DNA from: a virus
DNA length: 64,000 bases
Virus record (IMG/VR): IMGVR_UViG_3300048672_000851
Location: 13,495 to 77,494 of that record
Reading direction: 5' to 3' (one strand)
Positions within the stretch are counted from its first letter, which is position 1. Every line of letters begins with the position of its first letter. Position numbers and translations under genes: made by a program. Below are positions 56,501-64,000 of this stretch, piece by piece. Under the pieces are notes generated by a model. It saw nothing but the letters and a program-made list of their open reading frames with translations, had not been told where the DNA came from and did not search any database.

Positions 56501-58482
56501 CCAATATAACCACCATAACTTGCATTAAGTTGTGTGATTTGTTGTGCCATAGCGCTTTGCTCAGTCGATAGCGCTTGAATCTGTTGCTTCGCCACAGATA
56601 CGCTATCGCCTATCGCAAGCGCATTATTTTCTACTTGCTTCAGCTTTAATTGAGCGTAGATGTGCGCTTTGTTAATGTCATTAATTCCAATCTTCAATCC
56701 ATTAATTGAAACTAATTGACTAGAAATAGCATTGTTAACCCCATCCATCTCTGTACGGAGTGTATTGTAATTACCTGTTAAAGTACCTAATTGTGCATTA
56801 ATACCGTTTGGTTGAGCTACAAATGTATTAATAACACTAGTGATATTTGCATTGGCTCCATCCACCCAAGTAGATGCACTATTAGCCTTAGCAATCGTAC
56901 CATTACTGTTAATTGCAGTTTGTGTAGCCTTTAAACTGATAATTGCACTTTGGCCATCAAGTACAGTACTCACATTATTCAATGTAACTGCATTGCTATT
57001 ATAAAAAGCAGTAGTCACATAGTTTGTAAGCTGTCCCTGAACACCATCTAGCTCGATACCCAGATCATTTATTTGAGCCTGTATGCCTTCCAGTTGGGTG
57101 ATCGCAGCAGAGGGCTTACCTATGGTAATGTCATCCAGATCAAACACATCTGAGGTCGTAGCGCCCAATACAAAGCGAATACCAGTCACCGTACCCGCAT
57201 AGGTTGGTTCCCCAGACAAGTTCAGAGTACGGACAAAAGCACCACCAGTAGGTACGTTTGCAAGCACAGCAGGATAGTGTACGGTTGATCCACCGGAGTA
57301 GGTAATATACATGTCACCCACCCAGCCTGAACCCGCTGTACGAGTGATTGAAAGCGATATGACAGGGTTTTCATCAGCCAAGTAAGACAAGGCTTGGTTG
57401 GTAATATCACCTTTGGTTGCTGTGACCTTGTTCCCTGTATTGGTCAACGTACCTGATACAGCAGACCAGCCTTCCAAGCTATTGAAGAAACCAAAGCTAT
57501 AAGCAGGAGTAACCGCAGAAATTGCACCAGCAATTGCTTCATTCATTTCAGAGTATTGAACACGTAACTCAATACCATCTTCTAATAAAGTAATACGGTT
57601 ATTTGCAGAAGTAATTCGATTACTTTCAACAGTTAAGTTTTGATTAGTTAAATCAATCTCACCTGACAAAGCATCAATAGAAATACTGGCCTGATTAAAC
57701 TTATCATCAGCATAGTGATAAGCTTTTAATACAACCAATCCACTAACAGGGTCAACCATAAATACAGCATCATTCAGGGTAGTTAACCCGTTATTAGTTG
57801 CTGTCTTAAATTGAGCCAAATCAGTAATAGTATTATTCAGAGAAGTGTTGATGCCAGATAAATCAGTATCAAAACCAGCAACATCTAATTCTATGTCATC
57901 TAGTCTTGTGTCTACACCTAGCAAGTTTGTATTTATGGTATTGCTGATATTCGTAAACTTAGCATCAAGTGATAAGTCTGCTGCTTGTAGTTCTGTTTTT
58001 GCAGCATTGATTGCATTAGTTAAAGTAGTATTTACAGCAGTCAAATCTACATCAAAATCTATTACTGCTTGATCCAATGCAGAATCTAATACCGCCAAAC
58101 CAGCAGCTAAATTAGAATCTATTTCAGATTGAGCATCAGCTAGTGCAGCATTCCATTGTGAATTAATGGTACTTGAAGCATTAGCAATCTTAGCGTCAAT
58201 TTCAGCAACAGTATTTGTGATTTGACTTACACGTCCATCAATAATTGGGTTAATTACTTCTGGTGTTAAATCTGCTGGATCACCTTTGTCACCCTTTTCA
58301 CCTTTAGCAGAAGATTCAACTACAACTGTTTTTTGATCTTCAGCAATTACCACTTGGTTTTCTAAGGTAACTTCAACAATAGCAATGTTATTTTCTTCAG
58401 TGCTTAAATGCACAGAAACCGCAGTTGGTTCAACTACGGTTACTGTGTCTTGATCATTGATAACTACAACTTCATCTGTCAT
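53557..58482 (-). CDS. large tail/host-specificity protein with long coiled coil
   Basis: 1641 aa; ~29-aa repeats AIATETNARTTAINNLSASVAANYAT; DUF1983/J-like C-terminal region. Confidence 0.8.
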   Translation of the reverse strand: MTDEVVVINDQDTVTVVEPTAVSVHLSTEENNIAIVEVTLENQVVIAEDQKTVVVESSAKGEKGDKGDPADLTPEVINPIIDGRVSQITNTVAEIDAKIANASSTINSQWNAALADAQSEIDSNLAAGLAVLDSALDQAVIDFDVDLTAVNTTLTNAINAAKTELQAADLSLDAKFTNISNTINTNLLGVDTRLDDIELDVAGFDTDLSGINTSLNNTITDLAQFKTATNNGLTTLNDAVFMVDPVSGLVVLKAYHYADDKFNQASISIDALSGEIDLTNQNLTVESNRITSANNRITLLEDGIELRVQYSEMNEAIAGAISAVTPAYSFGFFNSLEGWSAVSGTLTNTGNKVTATKGDITNQALSYLADENPVISLSITRTAGSGWVGDMYITYSGGSTVHYPAVLANVPTGGAFVRTLNLSGEPTYAGTVTGIRFVLGATTSDVFDLDDITIGKPSAAITQLEGIQAQINDLGIELDGVQGQLTNYVTTAFYNSNAVTLNNVSTVLDGQSAIISLKATQTAINSNGTIAKANSASTWVDGANANITSVINTFVAQPNGINAQLGTLTGNYNTLRTEMDGVNNAISSQLVSINGLKIGINDINKAHIYAQLKLKQVENNALAIGDSVSVAKQQIQALSTEQSAMAQQITQLNASYGGYIGQLNSSIINLSKVVSDSDSALATEINKVNSNVNSKIDANYQTLVQSLANANQAIVTSSTQLESKFNAGINALNEEVSNAIASLDFAKSESVELLRGEVYSNFATNQVLNDAIATADEASAQRVTELESVVVNNNIYFTGKITSLQEAISNQESSLAKEVSGLQVSLGVISSGLITKVDLVEARLDSSIASTTEALEAKFNNNMATKQEVTIALANERQATLDDISTLSTSVANNYATKTYAESLVTTEELARIEAINNLSTSVGNTYATITSLNTAISTESSARTSQINNLSSNIASTYATINGMNSAIATETNARTTAINNLSASVAANYATISSMNSAIASETAARTTALNNLSASIAGTYATTSYVDDLVADETQARITYVDSKQAVYDSMYASITRVDSIEATVNTNKASTETSLFVTNNNVKDLEKSAVNTLLQMQKQKENLLEAGSTAAVGQRQIAVEAAQTAIAQEKASLVASIGRLENQANSNFLQVNKAIADEAGNRASALTSLSVDFSGRVAVVQNALNSVSAAVDGTLSSISGINAKLDDPNTGLSATYTTAQSALVSATAGAQAISQIAAQVNNSVTGLSASYFMVQEAYVALDNQARAITELANKVSTVQGDYTEAMVQLSSINDEVDGLYSKAFFGVKSVVNGVATINGVEVNGQTNSILFQANTFGLVDTNGVTQLYYNTASNKWEFKGDLVAGTYQTAKSGFRLELSDDGDLVIWIGNGDKNKDNAVFYVDKTGVVKAKNMELETPTATKPMLKNARLDFVGSTHIRVEAAEPFGPHSLISWFGAIVDGVNFNSATREPILTGLLKSNAITYLSSLGEAYFGGSILAGVLRNAQQSTTIGTNVFVESGSYASNGGLITIKNSCSVSIGRTSTTSATAGNLTGTMSLYRKVGGTWTLVASQGVVGTFDQELETGTYYQSWLMSGSFTYTDTLMSTNNREYRLEFTHALPVAGGGEVLQNLSLISEE

Positions 58483-58845
58483 TTATGTTACCTTTGGAGA
58501 AATTTGAACAGTTCCGTTTAATAGGCGAATAGGAGCAGGATCTTCACCTGATTTCTCTAGAATAATATCGTAAACAGCTTCAATGTAATCATTAAACTTA
58601 TTTCCTTTTAACGGGAGATTAGTTAATGCATCATGAGCCAGTTGAATAACAACCTTACCCTCTGCTCCAATAACAGAACAATTAAATGTAGCAATCGGAG
58701 TAGGATCACTCATTTTAAGTTTCATCTTACCTGTAGCCAGATAATCTGTTAAAGGAATTACGTTATTGTCTTTGTCTTTATAAATAACAGAAAAGGTGTA
58801 ACCTACACCTTGTTCTACTTTGAAGTTGTATACGCCTGCTGCCAT
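58483..58845 (-). CDS. BppU-like fibre attachment/adaptor protein
   Basis: YNFKVEQG..F...IPLTDY.A..K..YDI...RLLNG.V.ISP.VT. Confidence 0.65.
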   Translation of the reverse strand: MAAGVYNFKVEQGVGYTFSVIYKDKDNNVIPLTDYLATGKMKLKMSDPTPIATFNCSVIGAEGKVVIQLAHDALTNLPLKGNKFNDYIEAVYDIILEKSGEDPAPIRLLNGTVQISPKVT

Positions 58846-58852
58846 GCTGCAC

Positions 58853-59293
58853 CTATTTAATTTCTACAGTTACAACTGAAACTTCTTTTTCTATTTGTCT
58901 TAATGGATTCAAATCGTAACTAACAATAACATGATATTTATAAATTCCCGGATCAAGTCTGCCTGTGTAAGCACTCAGCTTAGTTTTAAAACAGCCACTA
59001 CCAGCAGTTTTATAAACACCCTCAGGAACATGATACATTACTTGAGTATCAACATTCTCATAGTAACGACTAATCTTTAAATCTTTCTTGGTTGGAGTGC
59101 AGAAGTTAACTTCCACTACAAAATCCTTTTTGTCTTTTTCAAGAACTACCGATTTTGAAGTAACTTCAAATACTGCATGTTCTTGTTCTGTTTGCCAATA
59201 CACTGCACAACAGAACGCAGTAATTAAAGCACCTAAAGCCAAATAATAGTAAACGCCTTGAATAAAATGAAACGGGGTTTTTGTAGTGGACAT
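58853..59293 (-). CDS. membrane-anchored protein with beta-rich periplasmic domain
   Basis: N-terminal TM segment, two Cys in the soluble domain, LDPGIYKYHV.VSY.LNPLR. Confidence 0.65.
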   Translation of the reverse strand: MSTTKTPFHFIQGVYYYLALGALITAFCCAVYWQTEQEHAVFEVTSKSVVLEKDKKDFVVEVNFCTPTKKDLKISRYYENVDTQVMYHVPEGVYKTAGSGCFKTKLSAYTGRLDPGIYKYHVIVSYDLNPLRQIEKEVSVVTVEIK

Positions 59294-59297
59294 AGAA

Positions 59298-59525
59298 TTA
59301 AACTCCTAATAAAGCTCTAAGTACATTGCCGCCTGCTTCACTGGAAGCACCGACAACTAAAACAAGAGCAGTACCAATGACAGTTAATTTCTTTTCCATG
59401 CTTGCTAATACTTTGGTTTGATTTTCAATCAGCTTTTCTAAAGTATTCAAACGAACTTCGTGCTTACCCTGCACAACCAATAAATTATTGATGGTTTTCC
59501 CTAGATCTTTATCCTCTGGTGTCAT
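59298..59525 (-). CDS. coiled-coil protein with C-terminal hydrophobic segment (holin/XhlA-like)
   Basis: HEVRLNTLEK coiled coil followed by LTVIGTALVLVVGA. Confidence 0.55.
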   Translation of the reverse strand: MTPEDKDLGKTINNLLVVQGKHEVRLNTLEKLIENQTKVLASMEKKLTVIGTALVLVVGASSEAGGNVLRALLGV

Positions 59526-59555
59526 AGCTATAGCCCTAAGTTTGGTGATAAAAAG

Positions 59556-59584
59556 AGTATAGCGGTTCTCAGATCACAGGTAAA
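59556..59584 (-). promoter_or_regulatory. sigma70-like late promoter TTTACC-N17-TATACT
   Basis: Reverse complement tttacc-tgtgatctgagaaccgc-tatact, directly after the lysis terminator. Confidence 0.5.
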
Positions 59585-59585
59585 T

Positions 59586-59608
59586 AAAAAGCCCCATTAC
59601 GGGGCTTT
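59586..59608 (-). terminator. intrinsic terminator after the spanins
   Basis: aaagcccc/ggggcttt stem with U tract on the - strand. Confidence 0.75.
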
Positions 59609-59785
59609 GCATATACTTTTCGTATTTCGATTATGTTCTGCAATTGATCTTGCCAACTTATCACTGATTACATCAACATCCTGTTTAGTGTATTCAATTG
59701 GTTTGACCCAAGTACATTCATTCTTTGAGGTTGTCGCGCAACTCATTACGAACATCATCAATACTAGAGTTAGAAACAGCTTCAT
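59597..59785 (-). CDS. o-spanin (Rz1-like lipoprotein)
   Basis: MKLFLTLVLMMFVMSC lipobox; overlaps the i-spanin 3' end. Confidence 0.75.
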   Translation of the reverse strand: MKLFLTLVLMMFVMSCATTSKNECTWVKPIEYTKQDVDVISDKLARSIAEHNRNTKSICKAP

Positions 59786-59930
59786 GATTTTCACTTGCTT
59801 TTTTCCTTGCTTCTAGTTCTTCTTCAACTTTATCCATTTCACTTTCATGTTTTTGTTGTTGCTTCCCTGCAAAAAAGGATAAACCAACAATAACAAACAC
59901 ACAGATAGCAATAATCCCTACTGTATCCAT
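59718..59930 (-). CDS. i-spanin (Rz-like)
   Basis: N-terminal TM segment plus periplasmic helix; overlapped by the lipoprotein gene. Confidence 0.7.
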   Translation of the reverse strand: MDTVGIIAICVFVIVGLSFFAGKQQQKHESEMDKVEEELEARKKASENHEAVSNSSIDDVRNELRDNLKE

Positions 59931-59933
59931 TTG

Positions 59934-60143
59934 TTAATCCTTTTTGGTTTTATCACTTGTAGTATGGATACTAAACTTATCCAGAATTGCCACAACAACG
60001 GACAAACCCTTAGCTAACTTACTAGCTAATTCATCATCTTTAGTTGTTGGTGTAATTTGTGCAATCTTATCGAATGCAGCTACTAACACTGTAGCGATTG
60101 TCACAGCCATACCTAAATATGTAAAAATTTGATCAAGAGTCAT
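59934..60143 (-). CDS. putative holin
   Basis: Hydrophobic helices flanking the ITPTTKDDE motif; between endolysin and spanins. Confidence 0.6.
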   Translation of the reverse strand: MTLDQIFTYLGMAVTIATVLVAAFDKIAQITPTTKDDELASKLAKGLSVVVAILDKFSIHTTSDKTKKD

Positions 60144-60153
60144 AGTACTTTCC

Positions 60154-60546
60154 TTATTTCATACCATTGTGTTCAATACTAAAATGGTTAGCATCATTAA
60201 AGCGCCCACCCCATGTACCACCCATAGCTTCCCAGTACTCACCTAATTCCTTATATTGACTGGTTTCACCTGAGCTTACATAATCCAAATCACCATCTGC
60301 ATCAATATCTGCAAACAAATTCAGATCAATTGCTAATTTAAGTTTATGGCAGCTTTTTGCATGACCATAACCTAACTTAACACCTACTTCACCATGAAGT
60401 CTTGGATCACGAAATGCATCACCAAAACTAAATTCATATCCACGAGAATACGCATAGTGAATTAGTTCAGCAACCATTAAAACAAAATGTCTTTGCTTTT
60501 GTCCTAATGTCATATTACTAAAATCTCTTTTAACTGGCTTATTCAT
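60154..60546 (-). CDS. endolysin, M15 family L-Ala-D-Glu-type peptidase
   Basis: SCH..KLAIDL, WGGRF.DANHFS zinc ligands. Confidence 0.88.
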   Translation of the reverse strand: MNKPVKRDFSNMTLGQKQRHFVLMVAELIHYAYSRGYEFSFGDAFRDPRLHGEVGVKLGYGHAKSCHKLKLAIDLNLFADIDADGDLDYVSSGETSQYKELGEYWEAMGGTWGGRFNDANHFSIEHNGMK

Positions 60547-60724
60547 AAGCTATACCATTATACCTTTTTAAAGTTACAGGAACCCATTGTGTTCCATCCC
60601 ATCGTTTAATACTTACAATATTCCACTGCGTACCATCCCAGCGTTTTACAGCAATACCAACTGGAACTGAATCACCAGTATCAAAAATTGCACTGTCAAA
60701 TATCGCGCTGTCAAATAATGCCAT
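60539..60724 (-). CDS. small repeat protein (fibre adaptor-like)
   Basis: FDSAI x2 and KRWDGTQW-like x3 repeats. Confidence 0.7.
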   Translation of the reverse strand: MALFDSAIFDSAIFDTGDSVPVGIAVKRWDGTQWNIVSIKRWDGTQWVPVTLKRYNGIAYE

Positions 60725-61659
60725 TAACTAAACGCCTGTAAAAAACAGCTACAAAAACGAATACCCACAACAGAAGAAATACCGCCAACACTCGCATATG
60801 TTGACGGAGCTAAATAAGTAGTCTGTGGTGGTATATCAGCACTAAATTCACCGTTGTAAGTTTTGCCGTCTACTAAATCAATAACTGTAATAAATACGCT
60901 GGATGTGTTGCGCGGCGCAAAAATGAAAATATCATACATTGCTGCACGGTCTGTTACAGGCACCGGCCACAATGCACCTAAATCGGTTTTCGTTGCTGCG
61001 CCTGTGCCATCGTTTGTAAAAATCTGGCAATTACCGTCAGCAGCATCCCAACCAAAGCCAATGCAATGCACCGCCGTACTAGGTTCAACATCTGTTGGTG
61101 CCGCCGTATTCTGGCGCATACCCGCCCAAAATCGTTGGCTGGTATTACTTGCGCCCGTAGCTGGTGCTACACGCATATTCATAAAAAAGCCGCCACCGAC
61201 TGTGTTCCCGCGCACCCATTGCGGCGCAGTAAATCGCCAAGATGCAACAGCAGTTGTTGCGGCTGTTGTAATGAGTATTTCAACACCATTTATAGATTGA
61301 ACTTTACTGGTTAGACCAACGTTACCGTTAGTTAAAGTCCCCGCTGTAGTGCCACCAATAGCACCATAAGCGCTTAACGATGTGCTACCAGTGTTACCAC
61401 ACCAAAACGCGGTTTGACCGTCACCAATGTAAGTTTGCAATAGTTGGTCAACTTCGTTAGATGACTTAAAAGCCGCCATCATCCGACCAGCTAACTTTTT
61501 ACCATACGAACGTAAAATGTTTGCTGCTGGTTGATTTGGCGTTTCAGCCGGAAGATCAATACCATCAACTATTGTGTGATTTTCATTCCAAGCGTTAACA
61601 CTAATTTGATCTGTTGGGTCATTTGTGCCTGTGGCTTGTGTTGTGTGTTTTAAAGTCAT
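60724..61659 (-). CDS. secondary tail fibre / receptor-binding protein
   Basis: WNENH N-terminal anchor; beta-rich lectin-like C-terminal domain; CG-rich codon usage. Confidence 0.65.
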   Translation of the reverse strand: MTLKHTTQATGTNDPTDQISVNAWNENHTIVDGIDLPAETPNQPAANILRSYGKKLAGRMMAAFKSSNEVDQLLQTYIGDGQTAFWCGNTGSTSLSAYGAIGGTTAGTLTNGNVGLTSKVQSINGVEILITTAATTAVASWRFTAPQWVRGNTVGGGFFMNMRVAPATGASNTSQRFWAGMRQNTAAPTDVEPSTAVHCIGFGWDAADGNCQIFTNDGTGAATKTDLGALWPVPVTDRAAMYDIFIFAPRNTSSVFITVIDLVDGKTYNGEFSADIPPQTTYLAPSTYASVGGISSVVGIRFCSCFLQAFS

Positions 61660-62078
61660 ACTGGCACCTCGTATGCAGCTATATCTGATGATTCAGTTAA
61701 AGCAATTAAATCATTTTTCATTTTTCTTTGTTTAGAGTGCGTTATTGCAGCATGTGTAATCATACTTAAATACAATCCTTGCATAAATGTGGCATCTGCT
61801 GGCACGTCAATATTGTCGGCAGTTGTCCACGTACCTGTTGGACTACCTATACCAGCTAGTGCTAAAGCCATTACACGTTGAACTGATATTGGGTCATAAT
61901 CAAAATTATGACCACTGTAATTTACAACAGTTACTTGCTGTGATTCGTTCCAATCGCGTACCGCTTGCATCTTTTGTTCGCGCAGTAAATCCGCGTTATA
62001 AGTGCCAACACGCATATCACCATCGTCATCATGATAGTAATACTGGTGCGGCGGCAACATCTGTACTTGTTGTCTCAT
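61656..62078 (-). CDS. DUF4376-like tail fibre assembly protein
   Basis: FDYDPISVQRV...WTTADNIDVP. Confidence 0.7.
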   Translation of the reverse strand: MRQQVQMLPPHQYYYHDDDGDMRVGTYNADLLREQKMQAVRDWNESQQVTVVNYSGHNFDYDPISVQRVMALALAGIGSPTGTWTTADNIDVPADATFMQGLYLSMITHAAITHSKQRKMKNDLIALTESSDIAAYEVPV

Positions 62079-62302
62079 TTAATTCTGTCCCATTCGATTG
62101 AATTGTAACAATGATTCTTTTCCCAAGGAGAGAAGATTAAATTAATAAACTTCTCCAAAAGTTTAAACTTCTTACTCTTAGTAGTATGTGCTTTATACCC
62201 AACATAACCACTAATAGTTTGATCTTCATCAGTGTTGAAAATCAATACAGCAAAAAACTGGTCTACACAAATAAGTAACTTCAATCCTTTAGATTTACTC
62301 AT
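62075..62302 (-). CDS. conserved small phage tail-region protein
   Basis: DQFF..DEDQTISG..G..WEKNHC pattern. Confidence 0.7.
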   Translation of the reverse strand: MSKSKGLKLLICVDQFFAVLIFNTDEDQTISGYVGYKAHTTKSKKFKLLEKFINLIFSPWEKNHCYNSIEWDRIK

Positions 62303-62311
62303 AATACTACC

Positions 62312-63676
62312 TTAAATTTGAATCCATAAATCATTTAAGCTTGGGCTTGCTGGTTGTGTAGCTGAAATAGTAATTGTTTTTTGTTTTCCATCTAATGCAG
62401 TTTGTAAACCTGTGACATCACCTATTACATGAGTATGTGTTGTATTGGCTTTAGCATCTAAAGCTGTCTGTAATCCTGTTACATCAGCAATTATATGCGA
62501 GTGTGCAGTACTAGCTTTACTATCAAGAGCAGTCTGCAATCCAGTCACAGTACTGATTGCTTGTGTTCCAGTGTGGTTTGCTCTAGCTAATAAGGTTGCA
62601 TCTGGACTGTTTGCAGTAGCATTAGTGGCAATACCTTCTAACTTAGTTTTGTCAGTGTTAGACATTAAGCCGTTAGCACCAGTAGTAGCTACAGCAGTAC
62701 CAGCTTTAGCATCTAATGCAGCTTGTAAACCAGTAGTATCTGCTATTGCATGACCATGAGTACTTGATGCATAAGCTGTACTTGCAGTTGTAGCTGCACT
62801 GCCTAAGCCCAGTGTAGTTCTCATTGCAGCAGCAGTTGTATCATCCAGTAATGTTAAAGCAAATGTACTTACTGTCGATGCATCCAGTTTTGCTGTTAAT
62901 GCAGCAGTTAATCCAGTAATAGCAGACATAGGATGTGCGTCTGCTAATGATCTGTTAGTCAGTAAACTATGGTCTGTAGTTCCACCACCACCGGAAATAA
63001 CAATATCTCCTGATCCAAGTAAACTAACACCGTTAATACTCTTAATATTTACTTGGTTCTGCAATACAGCTTGCTTACTATCTAAAACAGCCTGTAAACC
63101 TGAAATATCGCTAACACCAAAACTAATATTACCGCTTCCGAGAGGTGATTGACCTGCAATAGTTTTGATCGTAGTACCCGATACAAGCGTAGCTTGCTTA
63201 CCATCCAACGTATTTTGTAAGTTTGTAATATCACTAATAGGATGTGTATGTGAAACATTGGCTTTCCCTGCTAATGAAGTAGTAAGACCATCGAGTTGAG
63301 TTTTGTAAGCAGTGCTAAAGTTATTTTCAGACAAACCAAAACCAACAACCTTATCTACTTTGTTACTGTCTAGTGTAAAAACAGCATTAACTAAAGCAGT
63401 ATCGTTGTATGGTGCTGGAATTGTACTAAGAATTGCTGATAATCCAGTAATAGAACTAATTGGATGTGCATCAACTACATTACGATTAAGTAATGTGTTG
63501 TGTTCCAGCAAACTTAAATTAGGAATATCTGGAATTTCAGGAATATTTTGCAATTGTTGTGACAAAGTTTCCATTAAAGGAATGCTATCAGCTAATTGCT
63601 CAAATAAATCCAGTTGTGTGTTATCAAACTGGGCTAACTGATTGCCCGAAGCTTGAGTACTTGGTCTCATACCCAT
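62312..63676 (-). CDS. tail fibre with HxH metal-binding fibre repeats
   Basis: Repeated H.H.I.D.TGLQ.ALD.K and DAHP.S.ITGL units. Confidence 0.85.
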   Translation of the reverse strand: MGMRPSTQASGNQLAQFDNTQLDLFEQLADSIPLMETLSQQLQNIPEIPDIPNLSLLEHNTLLNRNVVDAHPISSITGLSAILSTIPAPYNDTALVNAVFTLDSNKVDKVVGFGLSENNFSTAYKTQLDGLTTSLAGKANVSHTHPISDITNLQNTLDGKQATLVSGTTIKTIAGQSPLGSGNISFGVSDISGLQAVLDSKQAVLQNQVNIKSINGVSLLGSGDIVISGGGGTTDHSLLTNRSLADAHPMSAITGLTAALTAKLDASTVSTFALTLLDDTTAAAMRTTLGLGSAATTASTAYASSTHGHAIADTTGLQAALDAKAGTAVATTGANGLMSNTDKTKLEGIATNATANSPDATLLARANHTGTQAISTVTGLQTALDSKASTAHSHIIADVTGLQTALDAKANTTHTHVIGDVTGLQTALDGKQKTITISATQPASPSLNDLWIQI

Positions 63677-63999
63677 CCGCGTAACTCCAATTTAGTTGTA
63701 GTTAAGTTGTCTTGGACAATTAATCCAGTTGACTCTAATAACATCAACGAGTTTTCATAAACCTTGAATGCTAATGCAGCTTGTTGTTGCATCTCTACAC
63801 CATCAAAACTAGATTTCTGTTTGTAATTAACGTAGTTAATTAATACTTGAGCGTAACTGTGTGGCAAATCAATTTCTTGATTGAGTACATCAACACCAGT
63901 TTTCTCTAAACGTGGGTGTAATGATCTGTAAATAATAGAAATTCGTGCATCCTGTACTGGATAAGGAATTTGCAGTGTATTTAGTGCAGGAGTGAACAA
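63667..63999 (-). CDS. N4 gp67-like head-tail adaptor, 3' part (truncated by window edge)
   Basis: IYRS.HP..EIDLP.SY..L.NYV..K; ends RGWV; position normally next to terminase. Confidence 0.75.
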   Translation of the reverse strand: MFTPALNTLQIPYPVQDARISIIYRSLHPRLEKTGVDVLNQEIDLPHSYAQVLINYVNYKQKSSFDGVEMQQQAALAFKVYENSLMLLESTGLIVQDNLTTTKLELRGWV

Positions 64000-64000
64000 C

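Noticed and set aside
28973-63641. Numerous + strand ORFs opposite the structural genes, and - strand ORFs opposite early genes
   Set aside because: Antisense shadows of long genes, with no SD sequences or coherent protein features
50551-63676. Diversity-generating retroelement or invertible tail-fibre cassette
   Set aside because: No reverse transcriptase or invertase, and no template/variable repeat pair noticed
1-64000. Loss of N4 RNAP II subunits, gp2 and terminase
   Set aside because: The window is a partial genome and these genes normally lie beyond both edges, so absence cannot be concluded
1-64000. tRNA or rRNA genes
   Set aside because: No cloverleaf with a T-loop and acceptor stem seen in the intergenic gaps; tRNAscan-SE would confirm

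Overview
A 64-kb segment of a lytic N4-like phage (Schitoviridae), roughly 36-38% GC by eye, probably infecting a gammaproteobacterium (inferred from the spanins and general protein similarity). The + strand (1-28.9 kb) carries early and accessory genes, a dimeric dUTPase, an AAA/vWA pair, a Dda-like helicase, a family A DNA polymerase split by an HNH-AP2 endonuclease, ThyX, the anti-CBASS sponge Acb2, a RepL-like protein, a Cas4-like nuclease, primase, Sak4, SSB and RuvC. The - strand (28.9-64 kb) carries the ~3400-aa virion RNA polymerase, N4 gp51-59 structural homologues (major capsid, scaffold, portal), several tail fibre modules, a lysis cassette and the end of the gp67-like adaptor. RNAP II and terminase are not in the window. 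The most unusual signals are: (i) an internal origin-like element of strand-specific ssDNA hairpins built from tandem sheared G.A pairs, followed by two palindromic operators and a RepL-like gene, with related hairpins hidden inside coding genes; (ii) a DNA polymerase split with no intron or intein, both halves carrying new tails; (iii) a tandem array of 4-5 paralogues (FP[DE][IV]YW family) with variable centres downstream of a vRNAP-type hairpin; (iv) a monocistronic 38-aa acidic microprotein under a nested sigma70/vRNAP promoter; (v) Acb2 translationally coupled to an uncharacterised partner; (vi) a counter-oriented Gly-rich/coiled-coil/Q-rich gene cassette; (vii) a ~78-aa insertion in the major capsid protein. 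Family assignments come from motif recognition and recall only; no database search was run.
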